Assembly (NCBI RefSeq): GCF_003018235.1 | Contig: NZ_CP027437.1 | Source of the DNA: Escherichia coli | Lineage (GTDB): Bacteria; Pseudomonadota; Gammaproteobacteria; Enterobacterales; Enterobacteriaceae | Reading direction: 5' to 3' (one strand) | DNA length: 64,000 nucleotides | Shown here: piece after piece, positions 30,952-55,349 of the stretch | Layout of the letters: each line of letters opens with the position of its first letter | Position numbering within the stretch: the first letter of the stretch is position 1 | Made by a program: the position numbers and the translations under genes | The notes under the pieces: model-generated | Seen by the model: only the letters and a program-made list of their open reading frames with translations | Told to the model about the DNA's origin: nothing | Databases searched by the model: none

Positions 30952-31935
30952 TTAGTAGAGTTGCAGCGTACGCCGATAGATTTGGGCGCTCTGTTGTTTA
31001 CGGTTGAAAAAAATATGGCTTTGCCATCCCAGGGATTGTTCGTCGCTGATACTTTCCGTACTCAGCGTAAAATAGCGGCTATAGGGAAAGAGATGCCCTT
31101 TCACCTGAGCTACCAGAGGCTTCACGCCGGAGAAATCCTGCTGCGCCCAGTAAAGAAATGCATCCGTGGTTAGCCAGCCTTCCCTCGGCCTTTTTTGCAA
31201 TAAGACCCGAGCGTCAGCATCCGTGATGTTATTGAGGAATAACGCTCTGAAGAGCGGAATATCGTTCTCCGTTAGCATATTAAGATTGATGCTAAGTTCC
31301 GTGGTCGGGAGAACGCAGACATACGGGATAAGCCGCTGATAGATGTTTTCGGTTATGCCTTTTATCTGACGCAATTCGCCGGTCAGAAAAAGCATCTGAT
31401 TGGCACTATGCCGGGGCGGCGTCTGGCTTTGGTAAAAGTTATCTTCTGCGCCGTGAAAGCGTGGTGAGTCATCGACATCAATATAGTCAGCGATTGATTG
31501 CACGATCTCATCGGTGTTTCCGCGATCGATACCGGCGTTAATCAGCAGCGCACTGAATACCTGGGCGGGGAAATCAGGGGAAGCCAGCGGGTCGTCAGAG
31601 ATTTTTGCTAACGCATTGAGATTAAAACAGTGCTGGGCATCGCGTAACTGCCACTTCACTGTATTGCCATTTTCCAGCTGCAACTGTTGCGGTTGTGCCC
31701 AGTACTGCTGCAACGTGGTTTGTCTGTCGTTATCTTTAACGTCCTGGGCGAGGCTGGCAAGCGCAAGTTTCTCCGCCAGTTCAATATCATATTGCCGTTG
31801 CAAATGATGGTTTACCTGGCGGGTTCGCTGAAGCTGGCTGTGAAAACTGAGCGTCATGTCTGCTGCCAGAGCAGCCATGAGCGCCAGTAACATGAGTACA
31901 ATGAGCAGCGCGACGCCGCGTTGTTCATTATTCAT
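30952..31935 (-). CDS. gspK: Type II secretion system minor pseudopilin K
   Basis: 327-aa ORF in conserved gsp order. Confidence 0.9.
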   Translation of the reverse strand: MNNEQRGVALLIVLMLLALMAALAADMTLSFHSQLQRTRQVNHHLQRQYDIELAEKLALASLAQDVKDNDRQTTLQQYWAQPQQLQLENGNTVKWQLRDAQHCFNLNALAKISDDPLASPDFPAQVFSALLINAGIDRGNTDEIVQSIADYIDVDDSPRFHGAEDNFYQSQTPPRHSANQMLFLTGELRQIKGITENIYQRLIPYVCVLPTTELSINLNMLTENDIPLFRALFLNNITDADARVLLQKRPREGWLTTDAFLYWAQQDFSGVKPLVAQVKGHLFPYSRYFTLSTESISDEQSLGWQSHIFFNRKQQSAQIYRRTLQLY

Positions 31936-32515
31936 GGTTATTATTCCCGGCCTGCGTCTGAGCTGGCGACTCTTCTCTCGCTAACTGCTCAGGTAATGCA
32001 AAACGGCGCTGTAACACCCCATATTGCTGAGTCTGCAGATGTAACGTGACTGAGAGAGGAAGTTCCTGGCTTTCCCCGCTGTTACTTTCCAGAAGAAAGC
32101 TCTCGACATGTTCCAGCATCGCCTGGGCGGGTTGATCCTTCCTGCCATCCACAGAAGTACGAACAGCACGGTAGAGCGTATGATTTCGTAGATACCAGTG
32201 AACTGTGAGTAAGGTTTGTGCTTCACTGAGAGGAGCCAGCGGATCACGACTTTGCGTGGTAAAAATAGCTTCTTCACCCAACACCATGATCTTGTCCGTA
32301 CTCCGATTCCTCCGGGCGACCAATTGCAGGAGATCGTTATCAAGAATGGTGATGGTGCGCTGTAGCTGATTGAACTGCTGGATTTCTTTCTGTGAGCGTT
32401 GATGTAGCGTAGACGCTTGCGAAAAAACCATAAACGCCAGCACGCCAAGCATTGAGAAGATCGCCAGCGCCGCCATGACTTCCAGCAATGTGAAACCCTG
32501 TTGGCGATTAATCAT
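31928..32515 (-). CDS. gspJ: Type II secretion system minor pseudopilin J
   Basis: Prepilin-type N-terminus [13 protein letters not shown]; track ORF extends 8 codons upstream to 32539. Confidence 0.88.
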   Translation of the reverse strand: MINRQQGFTLLEVMAALAIFSMLGVLAFMVFSQASTLHQRSQKEIQQFNQLQRTITILDNDLLQLVARRNRSTDKIMVLGEEAIFTTQSRDPLAPLSEAQTLLTVHWYLRNHTLYRAVRTSVDGRKDQPAQAMLEHVESFLLESNSGESQELPLSVTLHLQTQQYGVLQRRFALPEQLAREESPAQTQAGNNNHE

Positions 32516-32885
32516 CTTGCGCCTGCCCGGATCTATCATGGATGCTCTGATAACGAGTCAGAGCAGTTTTCTGACCGTTGGGTAACATCACCGTTATGGT
32601 GCGTTCCAGAAGCGTGCCGTCTTTGCTTGAATGGACATCGCTGCGCCAGTTCCACTCTTCGCCATTAATTATCTCTTTGCCTGAACTGGACGTGTTTTCA
32701 TCGTTGAATGTATCTTGCGACTTAAGCTGGTTATCTGCGATCCACAGCGCCAGCGTCTCATTACGCATCCGCTCGATGGCATTTCGTTGCCCTTGCATGC
32801 TGCTCATTAAAGCCAGCGCAACAGTGGCGAAAATACTCATCGCCAGTAAGACTTCAAGCAGTGTCATCCCTGATTGTTTGTTCAT
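32508..32885 (-). CDS. gspI: Type II secretion system minor pseudopilin I
   Basis: Prepilin-type N-terminus [12 protein letters not shown]; track ORF extends upstream to 32924. Confidence 0.88.
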   Translation of the reverse strand: MNKQSGMTLLEVLLAMSIFATVALALMSSMQGQRNAIERMRNETLALWIADNQLKSQDTFNDENTSSSGKEIINGEEWNWRSDVHSSKDGTLLERTITVMLPNGQKTALTRYQSIHDRSGQAQDD

Positions 32886-33391
32886 GGGCGGGTATCTCTG
32901 ACGAGCGTTTGATCCAGGGGCCATGATCCTGAACAGACTAACGTCAGGAGCGGCTCACCGGTCCCGGCGTTAGCCATCAACAAAGAGAAGGGCGTGATTT
33001 GTCCGTCGGCCAGAACCACCACCTGCGGTTGGTTGCTGTCATCAGGTTTAAATGGCTGAAGTTGAATTGAGAGTTCTTCACCCCAGTCATTTTTGCTCTC
33101 GTCTGCGGCATCTTCTTGTAATGGAACCCAGCGCCAGGCTGATGGTGTTTTGCCCGGTACCATAATGCGCCATGCTGAATCAGAGAAATGGATACCGACA
33201 GGCTGACCACTGAGCGTGGCGCGGTCGATGGCTAATTCAAGTGCAGCGGTAAACCGCGCCGCTGTTTCGCGCGCACGAGTGCTGGCGGTATCTTCCCGAC
33301 CATATGTGAAGAGCACCACACTTGCCGTGATAGCGACCAGCGCCAGCACCAGCATCATCTCCAGCAGGGTAAACCCGCGTTGCTGATTCAT
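32882..33391 (-). CDS. gspH: Type II secretion system minor pseudopilin H
   Basis: 169-aa ORF with [13 protein letters not shown] prepilin N-terminus. Confidence 0.9.
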   Translation of the reverse strand: MNQQRGFTLLEMMLVLALVAITASVVLFTYGREDTASTRARETAARFTAALELAIDRATLSGQPVGIHFSDSAWRIMVPGKTPSAWRWVPLQEDAADESKNDWGEELSIQLQPFKPDDSNQPQVVVLADGQITPFSLLMANAGTGEPLLTLVCSGSWPLDQTLVRDTRP

Positions 33392-33398
33392 CGCTGAC

Positions 33399-33836
33399 TT
33401 ACTTTTTCTTCTTGCTCAAACCCCAGTTGGTGATGTCATCCTCGGTTCCCATTTCACCATCGGGTCCTGCTGAAAGCAGATCGTATGCACCATGTTCACC
33501 AGGATTAACGAGGACATAATCATTGCCCCAGGGATCGGCAGGCAGACGCTTGATATAACCTTCCTTGTTATAGTTTGCGGCCAGCGGTGGCAGTGTCGGC
33601 GCTTCTACTAAGGATTCAAGCCCCTGATTTGTGGTTGGATAGCGATGATTGTCGAGCTTGTACATATCCAGGGCGTTTTCCAGCGCCACAATATCGCTGA
33701 CGGCTTTTTGTTTATCCGCCTTTTCTTTATTGCCCATCAGGTTGGGAACCACCAGGCTGGCGAGTACGCCAATGATGACAATTACCACCATAATTTCCAG
33801 TAATGTAAAACCGCGTTGCTTATCCGTTGCGCGCAT
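33399..33836 (-). CDS. gspG: Type II secretion system major pseudopilin G
   Basis: 145-aa ORF with [13 protein letters not shown] prepilin N-terminus. Confidence 0.93.
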   Translation of the reverse strand: MRATDKQRGFTLLEIMVVIVIIGVLASLVVPNLMGNKEKADKQKAVSDIVALENALDMYKLDNHRYPTTNQGLESLVEAPTLPPLAANYNKEGYIKRLPADPWGNDYVLVNPGEHGAYDLLSAGPDGEMGTEDDITNWGLSKKKK

Positions 33837-33845
33837 ATGATTTCC

Positions 33846-35042
33846 TTAATTAATCATTGAGTTAAGTTGAAGAAGAGGTTGGAGTACCGACACGACAATA
33901 AACAGGACGATCAGTGCCATCGTAATAATGAGTGCTGGCTCGAAGATGGAGAGCGTTAAGGCGATCCGATTTTGTTGGAGTGTCTCCTGGTTATCTGCGG
34001 CTCTGACCATTAACGTGCCGAGTTGCCCGCTTTTTTCGCCAGAGGCCACCATGTAGAGCATCATCGGCGGGAAAATTGCGGTTTGTTCCAGCGAAAGATG
34101 AATGCTGTTACCCTGCCGAACGTTTTCTGCCGCATTTGCCAGACGCTGGCGGATTTCGAGGTTGCTGAGACTTTCGGTGGACAAATTCATCCCATCCAGC
34201 AGAGGGACGCCGCTGGATTGCAAAATACTTAAAGTGCGGAGATAGCGTGCGCTGTTAATGGCGCAAATCAGCGGGCCGATGAGTGCAACGCGCAGCAACA
34301 TGGCATGAAAACGGTGGCGGTTATTGCCGCGTTTTAACCAGAGCCAGAAACCTACAGCGACAATAAACACTGTCGCTAGTAATGTCGGGCCGGTACGTTG
34401 CAACGTGTCGCTCAGACCTAAAAGAATGCGTGTACTCAGCGGCAGTTGCTGCTTCATATGCACGAACTGTTCGGTAATTTTGGGCACGACAGCAGTGAGG
34501 AGAATAATCACGACCACAATCGCCACCGCAGTCAGCATGCAGGGGTAGATCAGCGACTGAATGAGCTTGCTGCGGATTTTCTGCCGGTTTTCATTGTAAT
34601 CAGCCAGCTTTTCCAACACCGGGGCCAGCAGCCCGCTCTTTTCGCCCGCTTTAACCAGGGTACGATAGAGCGAATCGAAAAGCGTGGGAAAATGTTGTAA
34701 CGCATCGGAAAGGGGATGCCCTTCAAGGATGGCGCTGCGTACCTGATTTAACACATCAGCCAGTCGTTTATTACTGCTTTGTTGACCGATTACGGCAAGG
34801 CTCTCTTCCAGAGGTAATGCCGCTGCGCTTAAGGTTGCCAACTGCCGGGTGAAAAGCGTCAGTTCACTATGGCTGATCCTCGGGCGACGTGTTTTTACTC
34901 CCGAACTTTTTTGGGGGCGAATATCCAGCAGGAAAAGCCCTTCTTCACGCAGCCGCAGTCGTGCCTGACGTTCATCGTTAGCATCAATGATCCCTTGCAA
35001 TTTTTGACCATCCTGGGTCATGGCGCGATAGCGATAATTCAT
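33846..35042 (-). CDS. gspF: Type II secretion system inner-membrane platform protein F
   Basis: 398-aa polytopic ORF. Confidence 0.93.
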   Translation of the reverse strand: MNYRYRAMTQDGQKLQGIIDANDERQARLRLREEGLFLLDIRPQKSSGVKTRRPRISHSELTLFTRQLATLSAAALPLEESLAVIGQQSSNKRLADVLNQVRSAILEGHPLSDALQHFPTLFDSLYRTLVKAGEKSGLLAPVLEKLADYNENRQKIRSKLIQSLIYPCMLTAVAIVVVIILLTAVVPKITEQFVHMKQQLPLSTRILLGLSDTLQRTGPTLLATVFIVAVGFWLWLKRGNNRHRFHAMLLRVALIGPLICAINSARYLRTLSILQSSGVPLLDGMNLSTESLSNLEIRQRLANAAENVRQGNSIHLSLEQTAIFPPMMLYMVASGEKSGQLGTLMVRAADNQETLQQNRIALTLSIFEPALIITMALIVLFIVVSVLQPLLQLNSMIN

Positions 35043-36520
35043 GCTTCGCTCTCCAGCGTGGCACTGGCGACGCGCATAACCTCATCCCAGGAGGTGTCAC
35101 CGCTTATCACTTTTTGCAGGCCATTTTTGATTAAGGCATTGTGTTGTTGCCGGACTAGTCGCTCCAGTGTTTGTTCATCCACATTTTCATGAATAGCGGC
35201 CCGCAATTCCGGCGTCACCACCATCATTTCGTGGATCGCCATGCGCCCCTGATAGCCGGATTGATGGCAATGAGGGCAGCCTACGGGAGTGCCAATTGCT
35301 GTCACCGCGAGCTGATGATATTTAAACATCTGCGCTTGTTGGGGTGATACGGGCGTGAATTGTCGGCATTGCGGACACAGGCGACGAACCAGACGTTGCG
35401 CGATAATCCCTGCCAGTGAAGACGAAAGCAGGAATGATTCGACGCCCATGTCGCGTAGCCGGGTGACTGCGCCTGATGCACTGTTGGTGTGGAGTGTTGA
35501 GAGCACCAGATGGCCGGTGAGCGAGGCCTGAACCGCAATTTGCGCGGTTTCTGTATCACGAATCTCCCCCACCATGACGACATCCGGGTCCTGGCGAAGT
35601 ATGGCGCGCAGGCCGCGAGCGAAAGACATATCGACGCGGGTATTCACCTGCGTTTGTCCTATGCCTTCCAGTTCATATTCCACGGGATCTTCTATCGTCA
35701 GAATATTACGGCCAGGGGTATTAAGCGCCGAAAGAATGGCGTAGAGCGTGGTGCTTTTACCGGAGCCTGTCGGCCCTGTCACCAGGATAATACCGTGCGG
35801 AAGCTGAATGAGATTTTCTAAATCCTGCTTATCCGCTGCCGTCATCCCCAGGTTGTTCAATGAAAGCTGGAGGCTGTTTTTATCCAGCAGGCGGAGCACG
35901 GCACGTTCACCATAGATGAACGGCAGTGTGGATACGCGGACATCTATGTTACGTCGCCCGATACGCAAACTAATTCTTCCATCCTGTGGAATACGTTTTT
36001 CGGCGATATCAAGACGAGCCATGACCTTAATTCGGGAGATAAGCAGTGCCGCCAGTTTTTTGTTTGGCTGTAAAATTGTCCGCAAAACGCCGTCGATGCG
36101 AAAACGGATCGACATTGTTTTTTCATAGGTTTCAATGTGGATATCGGAGGCGGTTTCTTTGATGGCCTCACTCAAAATCGCATTGATCAAGCGGATAACG
36201 GGTGCCGCTGAATCTTCATTCAGCAGATCTTCATTTGCGGGCATCTCTTCCGAAAGCGAGAGAAGATCGACGGATTGATCGATATCCTGCGCAATCTGTT
36301 GTGACTCACCGGTATTCTGATGGAATACCGCTTCCAGTCGGGCTTCAAAATCAGCCTGTGACAAGCTGGTCATGGTCTGGCACTGGCCAACCTGACGTTG
36401 AATATCGAGTAACCGTTCGAATGGCGTATCGGCGAGATAAATAATCTCGCCCTCTGAATAGAGATAGCCAATTCGCTGTGCCAGCGCCCAACTGGCGGGG
36501 TACGGTGAGTGAATTCTCAT
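35039..36520 (-). CDS. gspE: Type II secretion system ATPase E
   Basis: 493-aa ORF with Walker [10 protein letters not shown] and CxxC...CxxC zinc motif. Confidence 0.95.
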   Translation of the reverse strand: MRIHSPYPASWALAQRIGYLYSEGEIIYLADTPFERLLDIQRQVGQCQTMTSLSQADFEARLEAVFHQNTGESQQIAQDIDQSVDLLSLSEEMPANEDLLNEDSAAPVIRLINAILSEAIKETASDIHIETYEKTMSIRFRIDGVLRTILQPNKKLAALLISRIKVMARLDIAEKRIPQDGRISLRIGRRNIDVRVSTLPFIYGERAVLRLLDKNSLQLSLNNLGMTAADKQDLENLIQLPHGIILVTGPTGSGKSTTLYAILSALNTPGRNILTIEDPVEYELEGIGQTQVNTRVDMSFARGLRAILRQDPDVVMVGEIRDTETAQIAVQASLTGHLVLSTLHTNSASGAVTRLRDMGVESFLLSSSLAGIIAQRLVRRLCPQCRQFTPVSPQQAQMFKYHQLAVTAIGTPVGCPHCHQSGYQGRMAIHEMMVVTPELRAAIHENVDEQTLERLVRQQHNALIKNGLQKVISGDTSWDEVMRVASATLESEA

Positions 36521-36529
36521 AAGAATGCC

Positions 36530-38482
36530 TTACCGTGCCGATGGCGCAGGGGGATGGCTGTTGAACGTGTTCTCATCCAGCACCGGCAAATCTTCCGAGC
36601 CTACCAGCGCTTTTGATTTCCCGTCGATCCGCTGTTGTTGCTCCTGGCGGTAGCGGGTGTATTTCTCTTTTGACAACGAGCGATAAACATCATCGTCACG
36701 GATAATCGTCGGACGGATAAATACCATCAGGTTGCGTTTAGCGCGCTCGGTCGAGGTATAGCGGAAGAGTTGCCCCACTAAAGGAATATCGCCAAGCAGA
36801 GGAACCTTTGACACTTGCTCTTTAGAAAAATCATCCAGCAATCCGCCCAGGACCACCGTTTCACCGGTTTTAACCAGCACGGCGTTTTGAATAGTACGGG
36901 TATTAAACGTCGGGCCGAGCGTCGAATTAGACGAAGAGTCAACGCTGGAGACTTCCTGCTCTATTTCGAGCAACACCGCGTCGCCTTCATTGACCTGCGG
37001 AGTGACTTTGAGTTTTGTGCCCACCGTTTTGCGTTCGACGGTATTAAAGACGTTATCGCCTGAAGTGGTCTGTGACCCGGATAGCACCGGCACATCCTGG
37101 CCAACGTTGAAGGACGCGAGTTTATTATCCAGCGTTACGATGCTTGGGGTGGCGAGGATGTCATTTTTATTGTTACTGGCCAGCGCAGTCAACAATACGC
37201 CCCAGTCGCCATTGAAGAAGCCTGCGGCCATGCCATTGTAGGCGCTAAACATATCCCAGGCAGGATTCGCGCTGGTGATCCCACCATTCTTTTTATAATC
37301 AGCCACACCTTGCGCAGCGTTAAAAATCGGTAATCCGGTATTGGTAAATTGCTGTGCGCCAACGTTTTTATTCGCCCATTGCACGCCGAGGTTAAGTCCA
37401 TTTCCATCCTGAACTTCAACGATAATTGCCTCAACCAGCACCTGTGCACGGCGAATGTCCAGACGCGCAATTACCGTGGCGAGTTTTTCCTGGACGGACT
37501 GGTCAGCGGTAATGACCAGAGAGTTAGTCTGTTCATCGGCGGTAATGGCGACGTTATCCATCGCGCCAGAAGAGGAGGGCTTACGCTCATTCCCTTTTTC
37601 ATCTTTCAGCTTTTCGGAAACACCGGTTAGCACTTCCACCAGATTCGTGGCTTTAGCATATTTCAGGTAATAGACCCGGGTATTTCCTTCCTCGCTCTCT
37701 TCTACATCAAGGCTTTTCAGTAATGAAGCGATGCGCTGGCGTGCTTTTTCCGGCCCGCTGATGATAAGAGAGTTGGTTCGCTTATCCGCCACAATCTTCG
37801 CGGAGAGGAGGGCTGGCATCTGGCTTTTACCGTGGCTTTCGCTGATTAATTGATTAAGAATCTCGGCGAGATCTTCCGCTGACGCATATTCCAGATGAAT
37901 AATTTGCTGCTTCTCTGTGCCGATGACATCAACGCGCTTTATGACTTCAATCAGTTTATTAATGGTGGAGGCACGACCGGTCAGAATAAGAACGTTGGAG
38001 GGTTCATAATGCACAACATTACCGACGCTACCCGCATCCATCATCTGGCGCAGCAGGGGAGCCAGGTCACGAGCAGGAACGTTCTCAAGCGGTACGATTC
38101 GGGTGACCAATTCATCACCAGCGCCAGGACGAGAACTATCAGCAATCATCCCTGGCGATGTTTTTACATTAGCTGAGCGCACCACTTTCAGAAAACCATT
38201 GTCCAGCGTGATCACGGAATAACCGTAAAGATCAAGAATACTTAAAAAGAACTGGTAGTACTCCTGTTGGCTAAACGTATCATTACTGCGTACGGAAATG
38301 GTTCCCTGTACCGAAGGGTCGATCAGGATCGTTTTGCCAAGATGCTGACCCACTATTTCCACGAACTGGCGGATATCGGCGTTATTGAAGTTAGCGCCGT
38401 ATTGTTCGTTCTCAGCGTGCCCTGCACAAGGCATGAGTAGTGCTGCCAGCAAGCAGCAGGTGATTTTATTGAGTCCTTTCAT
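36530..38482 (-). CDS. gspD: Type II secretion system outer-membrane secretin D
   Basis: Secretin ORF with signal peptide; ATG at 38480-38482 (MKGLNK...) gives 650 aa, an alternative ATG at 38494 gives 654 aa. Confidence 0.93.
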   Translation of the reverse strand: MKGLNKITCCLLAALLMPCAGHAENEQYGANFNNADIRQFVEIVGQHLGKTILIDPSVQGTISVRSNDTFSQQEYYQFFLSILDLYGYSVITLDNGFLKVVRSANVKTSPGMIADSSRPGAGDELVTRIVPLENVPARDLAPLLRQMMDAGSVGNVVHYEPSNVLILTGRASTINKLIEVIKRVDVIGTEKQQIIHLEYASAEDLAEILNQLISESHGKSQMPALLSAKIVADKRTNSLIISGPEKARQRIASLLKSLDVEESEEGNTRVYYLKYAKATNLVEVLTGVSEKLKDEKGNERKPSSSGAMDNVAITADEQTNSLVITADQSVQEKLATVIARLDIRRAQVLVEAIIVEVQDGNGLNLGVQWANKNVGAQQFTNTGLPIFNAAQGVADYKKNGGITSANPAWDMFSAYNGMAAGFFNGDWGVLLTALASNNKNDILATPSIVTLDNKLASFNVGQDVPVLSGSQTTSGDNVFNTVERKTVGTKLKVTPQVNEGDAVLLEIEQEVSSVDSSSNSTLGPTFNTRTIQNAVLVKTGETVVLGGLLDDFSKEQVSKVPLLGDIPLVGQLFRYTSTERAKRNLMVFIRPTIIRDDDVYRSLSKEKYTRYRQEQQQRIDGKSKALVGSEDLPVLDENTFNSHPPAPSAR

Positions 38483-39281
38483 GACGCTGTCCATTCATTC
38501 CTGTAAGTTCCGCGACGGAAACATTTATCAAGCGGGGTACGCCGTTGCGACGAATTGTAAACTGAGCACTTTGTTGAGTTAGCAGTAAACTTAATGCCTG
38601 TGAAACCTCATCAGGGTGGGTCAGCGAAAGATTATTGATCCTGAGGGCGATATCCCCTGGTTGTAGCAAGCTGGTGGTAAATGCATTGAGGCCCTTACGA
38701 GGGTTCAATCGAAGCCCGTATATCTGTTCTCCATCACGTATAGGCGTGGCGATAATATAATCAGCGAGTACATTTTGACTTTCCGAATCAGGCTGCTTGA
38801 TGATGTCAGGTAGCCCTGGATGGAGAGTTACTTTTTCGTAATGTCCGTGAGTTTCAAACACAACGCTGGTTTTATTTATTTTTCTAATAAACGTTCCTGG
38901 CGCTGACTCAAGGGCTTCGTTGAGGGAGTATCGCTTTTGTTCGCTCCCCTCATTAATTAAGACAAAAGAAGTCTCATCATTCGATGTGAGTACAATGCCA
39001 TTAAGCGCTATAGAGAGCTTCGGTGTTTCCTGATTAACTGCCACGGGATTTGCATCTTTTACCCCAGCATGATTTTCGTTACGCCATAAAGCGGCAAGGC
39101 TGAACTCAGACTGAAATGCGTTTGTTGGTTGATTAATGATCTGTCCATTTTTAACTATAGTTGTATGGAAATAATTCACATTAAAAATAATCAACCCTAT
39201 GCTTATAAATATAATCAATATATTGATGGCAGCATCTTTATTATGATTCGCCAGATGGAAGGGGAAACGTAGTGTGGGCAC
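38466..39281 (-). CDS. gspC: Type II secretion system protein C
   Basis: 271-aa ORF, first gene of the minus-strand gsp operon. Confidence 0.9.
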   Translation of the reverse strand: MPTLRFPFHLANHNKDAAINILIIFISIGLIIFNVNYFHTTIVKNGQIINQPTNAFQSEFSLAALWRNENHAGVKDANPVAVNQETPKLSIALNGIVLTSNDETSFVLINEGSEQKRYSLNEALESAPGTFIRKINKTSVVFETHGHYEKVTLHPGLPDIIKQPDSESQNVLADYIIATPIRDGEQIYGLRLNPRKGLNAFTTSLLQPGDIALRINNLSLTHPDEVSQALSLLLTQQSAQFTIRRNGVPRLINVSVAELTGMNGQRHERTQ

Positions 39282-39460
39282 GATGTATGTTCTAATAAAA
39301 TAGATTGGGTGGGTTGTATATTGACGTTAGTATAAATAGTATTAATGCCGCTTGCATGAATCAAGCAAAATTTATTTATATTAGTAATATGTATTTAATT
39401 AATAAATGCATACATTATTTTTATGATTAAGGATAATCAATAATTAAAACAGGAAGTTCT

Positions 39461-40930
39461 ATGTCTACGAGAAGAGAAGTTATTCTTTCCTGGTTGCGTG
39501 AGAAACGTCAGACCTGGCGTCTGTGCTATTTGTTGGGTGAGGCTGGAAGTGGAAAAACCTGGTTGGCGCAGCAACTACAAAAAGATAAACATCGCCGTGT
39601 GATTACTTTAAGCCTCGTTGTTTCCTGGCAAGGTAAGGCCGCATGGATCGTTACCGACGATAACGCGGCTAAACAGGGCTGCCGTGACAGCGCCTGGACG
39701 CGAGATGAGATGGCGGGGCAATTACTGCATGCGCTTCATCGAACTGATAGTCGCTGCCCTCTTATTATTATTGAAAATGCTCACCTGAATCACCGCCGCA
39801 TACTTGATGATCTCCAACGCGCGATATCTCTTATTCCTGACGGTCAATTTTTGCTGATCGGCAGACCCGATCGAAAAGTCGAACGTGATTTTAAAAAACA
39901 GGGCATTGAACTTGTCTCGACAGGACGTCTGACGGAGCACGAACTTAAGGCAAGCATCCTTGAAGGTCAGAATATTGACCAACCCGATCTCCTTTTAACC
40001 GCCAGAGTTCTGAAACGGATAGCTTTATTATGTCGGGGCGATCGCAGAAAGCTGGCGCTTGCCGGCGAAACAATTCGCTTATTACAGCAAGCCGAGCAGA
40101 CCAGCGTTTTCACAGCAAAACAATGGCGAATGATTTACCGCATATTGGGTGATAACCGCCCCCGGAAAATGCAGCTTGCCGTGGTGATGAGTGGAACCAT
40201 TATCGCTCTTACCTGTGGTTGGCTACTGCTGTCCTCTTTTACAGCTCCGCTACCCGTTCCTGCGTGGCTGATACCCGTAACGCCAGTAGTTAAACAAGAT
40301 ATGACTAAGGATATTGCTCATGTGGTGATGCGCGATAGTGAGGCGCTAAGCGTGTTATACGGCGTATGGGGGTACGAGGTCCCAGCCGATTCGGCCTGGT
40401 GCGATCAGGCAGTAAGAGCGGGGCTGGCATGTAAAAGTGGGAATGCTTCTTTACAAACATTGGTAGATCAGAATTTGCCCTGGATCGCATCGCTTAAAGT
40501 CGGGGACAAAAAATTGCCTGTTGTGGTCGTTCGCGTCGGTGAGGCTACCGTTGATGTCCTCGTAGATCAGCAAACCTGGACTCTGACACATAAATGGTTT
40601 GAGTCGGTATGGACGGGTGATTATCTTCTGTTGTGGAAAATGTCGCCGGAAGGGGAGAGTACCATTACGCGTGATAGCAGCGAGGAAGAGATTCTCTGGC
40701 TGGAAACGATGTTAAACCGTGCATTGCATATTTCGACAGAACCTTCGGCGGAGTGGCGTCCCTTGTTGGTAGAAAAAATAAAGCAATTTCAAAAAAGCCA
40801 CCACTTGAAAACTGACGGTGTTGTTGGCTTTTCAACGTTAGTACATCTCTGGCAGGTGGCAGGGGAGAGTGCCTACTTATATCGGGATGAAGCAAATATT
40901 TCCCCGGAAACAACAGTGAAGGGGAAATGA
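39461..40930 (+). CDS. gspA: Type II secretion accessory ATPase-like protein GspA
   Basis: 489-aa ORF with Walker A GEAGSGKT, divergent from gspC. Confidence 0.88.
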   Translation: MSTRREVILSWLREKRQTWRLCYLLGEAGSGKTWLAQQLQKDKHRRVITLSLVVSWQGKAAWIVTDDNAAKQGCRDSAWTRDEMAGQLLHALHRTDSRCPLIIIENAHLNHRRILDDLQRAISLIPDGQFLLIGRPDRKVERDFKKQGIELVSTGRLTEHELKASILEGQNIDQPDLLLTARVLKRIALLCRGDRRKLALAGETIRLLQQAEQTSVFTAKQWRMIYRILGDNRPRKMQLAVVMSGTIIALTCGWLLLSSFTAPLPVPAWLIPVTPVVKQDMTKDIAHVVMRDSEALSVLYGVWGYEVPADSAWCDQAVRAGLACKSGNASLQTLVDQNLPWIASLKVGDKKLPVVVVRVGEATVDVLVDQQTWTLTHKWFESVWTGDYLLLWKMSPEGESTITRDSSEEEILWLETMLNRALHISTEPSAEWRPLLVEKIKQFQKSHHLKTDGVVGFSTLVHLWQVAGESAYLYRDEANISPETTVKGK

Positions 40931-40931
40931 C

Positions 40932-41351
40932 ATGTTTGAATTCTATATCGCCGCGCGTGAGCAGAAAGAAACAGGTCACCCTGGTATCTTCTCCCGACAA
41001 AAACACAGCACCATAATATATGTCATTTGTTTATTGCTGATTTGCCTGTGGTTTGCAGGAATGGTGTTGGTTGGTGGGTATGCCAGGCAGCTATGGGCGC
41101 TTTGGATAGTAAAAGCAGAAGTCACAGTAGATGCTGAAACGCCTGCTTTTAAACAATCAACACAACACTATTTCTTCAAAAAACAGCCACTCCCCGTCGT
41201 CGAATCCGTCGAGGAGGAAGATGACCCAGGCGTCGCGGTTGAGAATGCCACCTCTTCTTCTGAAGACGAAGAAAATACTGTAGAAGAAAGCGACGAGAAA
41301 GCCGGTTTAAGAGAGCGTGTCAAAAATGCGCTGAACGAACTTGAGAGATAA
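40932..41351 (+). CDS. gspB: Type II secretion accessory protein GspB
   Basis: 139-aa ORF with one TM segment and acidic C-terminus. Confidence 0.85.
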   Translation: MFEFYIAAREQKETGHPGIFSRQKHSTIIYVICLLLICLWFAGMVLVGGYARQLWALWIVKAEVTVDAETPAFKQSTQHYFFKKQPLPVVESVEEEDDPGVAVENATSSSEDEENTVEESDEKAGLRERVKNALNELER

Positions 41352-41383
41352 CCCGAAAGCTGTTTACTTTACTAGCAATACGC

Positions 41384-41411
41384 TTGCGTTCGGTGGTTAA
41401 GTATGTATAAT
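41384..41411 (+). promoter_or_regulatory. S10 operon sigma-70 promoter
   Basis: TTGCGT at 41384-41389, 16-bp spacer, TATAAT at 41406-41411. Confidence 0.6.
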
Positions 41412-41900
<489 letters not shown>

Positions 41901-41920
41901 TCAGGTCATTGAGCGATTGA

Positions 41921-44316
<2,396 letters not shown>

Positions 44317-44329
44317 TTTTAGAGGATAA

Positions 44330-44611
<282 letters not shown>

Positions 44612-44616
44612 GGTAG

Positions 44617-46545
<1,929 letters not shown>

Positions 46546-46570
46546 TACAGTACACTCTCTCGATACGAAT

Positions 46571-46601
46571 AAACGGCTCAGAAATGAGCCGTTTATTTTT
46601 T
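46571..46601 (+). terminator. S10 operon rho-independent terminator
   Basis: Hairpin aaacggctca-gaaa-tgagccgttt followed by a T run. Confidence 0.8.
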
Positions 46602-46632
46602 CTACCCATATCCTTGAAGCGGTGTTATAATG
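46600..46632 (+). promoter_or_regulatory. spc operon promoter (extended -10)
   Basis: TGtTATAAT at 46623-46631 with a weak -35 about 17 bp upstream. Confidence 0.5.
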
Positions 46633-46697
46633 CCGCGCCCTCGATATGGGGATTTTTAACGACCTAATTTTCGGGTCTCAGTAGTAGTTGACATTAG

Positions 46698-47960
<1,263 letters not shown>

Positions 47961-47971
47961 GGTAGGGTTAC

Positions 47972-48280
<309 letters not shown>

Positions 48281-48307
48281 TTGTCACCAATTGAATCACG
48301 GGAGTAA

Positions 48308-49615
<1,308 letters not shown>

Positions 49616-49620
49616 GGTAG

Positions 49621-50754
<1,134 letters not shown>

Positions 50755-50761
50755 GTAGCAG

Positions 50762-52241
<1,480 letters not shown>

Positions 52242-52259
52242 TTTTTTCGCATATTTTTC

Positions 52260-52288
52260 TTGCAAAGTTGGGTTGAGCTGGCTAGATT
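52260..52288 (+). promoter_or_regulatory. alpha operon (rpsM) sigma-70 promoter
   Basis: TTGCAA at 52260-52265, 17-bp spacer, TAGATT at 52283-52288. Confidence 0.55.
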
Positions 52289-52378
52289 AGCCAGCCAATC
52301 TTTTGTATGTCTGTGCGTTTCCATTTGAGTATCCTGAAAACGGGCTTTTCAGCATGGAACGTACATATTAAATAGTAG

Positions 52379-52744
<366 letters not shown>

Positions 52745-52757
52745 TCGGGGTGATTGA

Positions 52758-53804
<1,047 letters not shown>

Positions 53805-53829
53805 AGCTTAGTACCAAAGAGAGGACACA

Positions 53830-54819
53830 ATGCAGGGTTCTGTGACAGAGTTTCTAAAACCGCGCCTGGTTGATATCGAGCAAGTGAGTTCGACGCACGC
53901 CAAGGTGACCCTTGAGCCTTTAGAGCGTGGCTTTGGCCATACTCTGGGTAACGCACTGCGCCGTATTCTGCTCTCATCGATGCCGGGTTGCGCGGTGACC
54001 GAGGTTGAGATTGATGGTGTACTACATGAGTACAGCACCAAAGAAGGCGTTCAGGAAGATATCCTGGAAATCCTGCTCAACCTGAAAGGGCTGGCGGTGA
54101 GAGTTCAGGGCAAAGATGAAGTTATTCTTACCTTGAATAAATCTGGCATTGGCCCTGTGACTGCAGCCGATATCACCCACGACGGTGATGTCGAAATCGT
54201 CAAGCCGCAGCACGTGATCTGCCACCTGACCGATGAGAACGCGTCTATTAGCATGCGTATCAAAGTTCAGCGCGGTCGTGGTTATGTGCCGGCTTCTACC
54301 CGAATTCATTCGGAAGAAGATGAGCGCCCAATCGGCCGTCTGCTGGTCGACGCATGCTACAGCCCTGTGGAGCGTATTGCCTACAATGTTGAAGCAGCGC
54401 GTGTAGAACAGCGTACCGACCTGGACAAGCTGGTCATCGAAATGGAAACCAACGGCACAATCGATCCTGAAGAGGCGATTCGTCGTGCGGCAACCATTCT
54501 GGCTGAACAACTGGAAGCTTTCGTTGACTTACGTGATGTACGTCAGCCTGAAGTGAAAGAAGAGAAACCAGAGTTCGATCCGATCCTGCTGCGCCCTGTT
54601 GACGATCTGGAATTGACTGTCCGCTCTGCTAACTGCCTTAAAGCAGAAGCTATCCACTATATCGGTGATCTGGTACAGCGTACCGAGGTTGAGCTCCTTA
54701 AAACGCCTAACCTTGGTAAAAAATCTCTTACTGAGATTAAAGACGTGCTGGCTTCCCGTGGACTGTCTCTGGGTATGCGCCTGGAAAACTGGCCACCGGC
54801 AAGCATCGCTGACGAGTAA
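53830..54819 (+). CDS. rpoA: DNA-directed RNA polymerase subunit alpha
   Basis: 329-aa ORF. Confidence 0.98.
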
Positions 54820-54835
54820 CCGGATCACAGGTTAA

Positions 54836-55243
<408 letters not shown>

Positions 55244-55256
55244 TCTGAAGCAACGT

Positions 55257-55285
55257 AAAAAAACCCGCCCCGGCGGGTTTTTTTA
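55257..55285 (+). terminator. alpha operon rho-independent terminator
   Basis: A tract, hairpin acccgcc/ggcgggt, then T7 run. Confidence 0.85.
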
Positions 55286-55349
55286 TACCCGTAGCATCCC
55301 CACTTATCTACAATAGCTGTACTCTTTTTGTTCATCCCCTGGAGTATAT

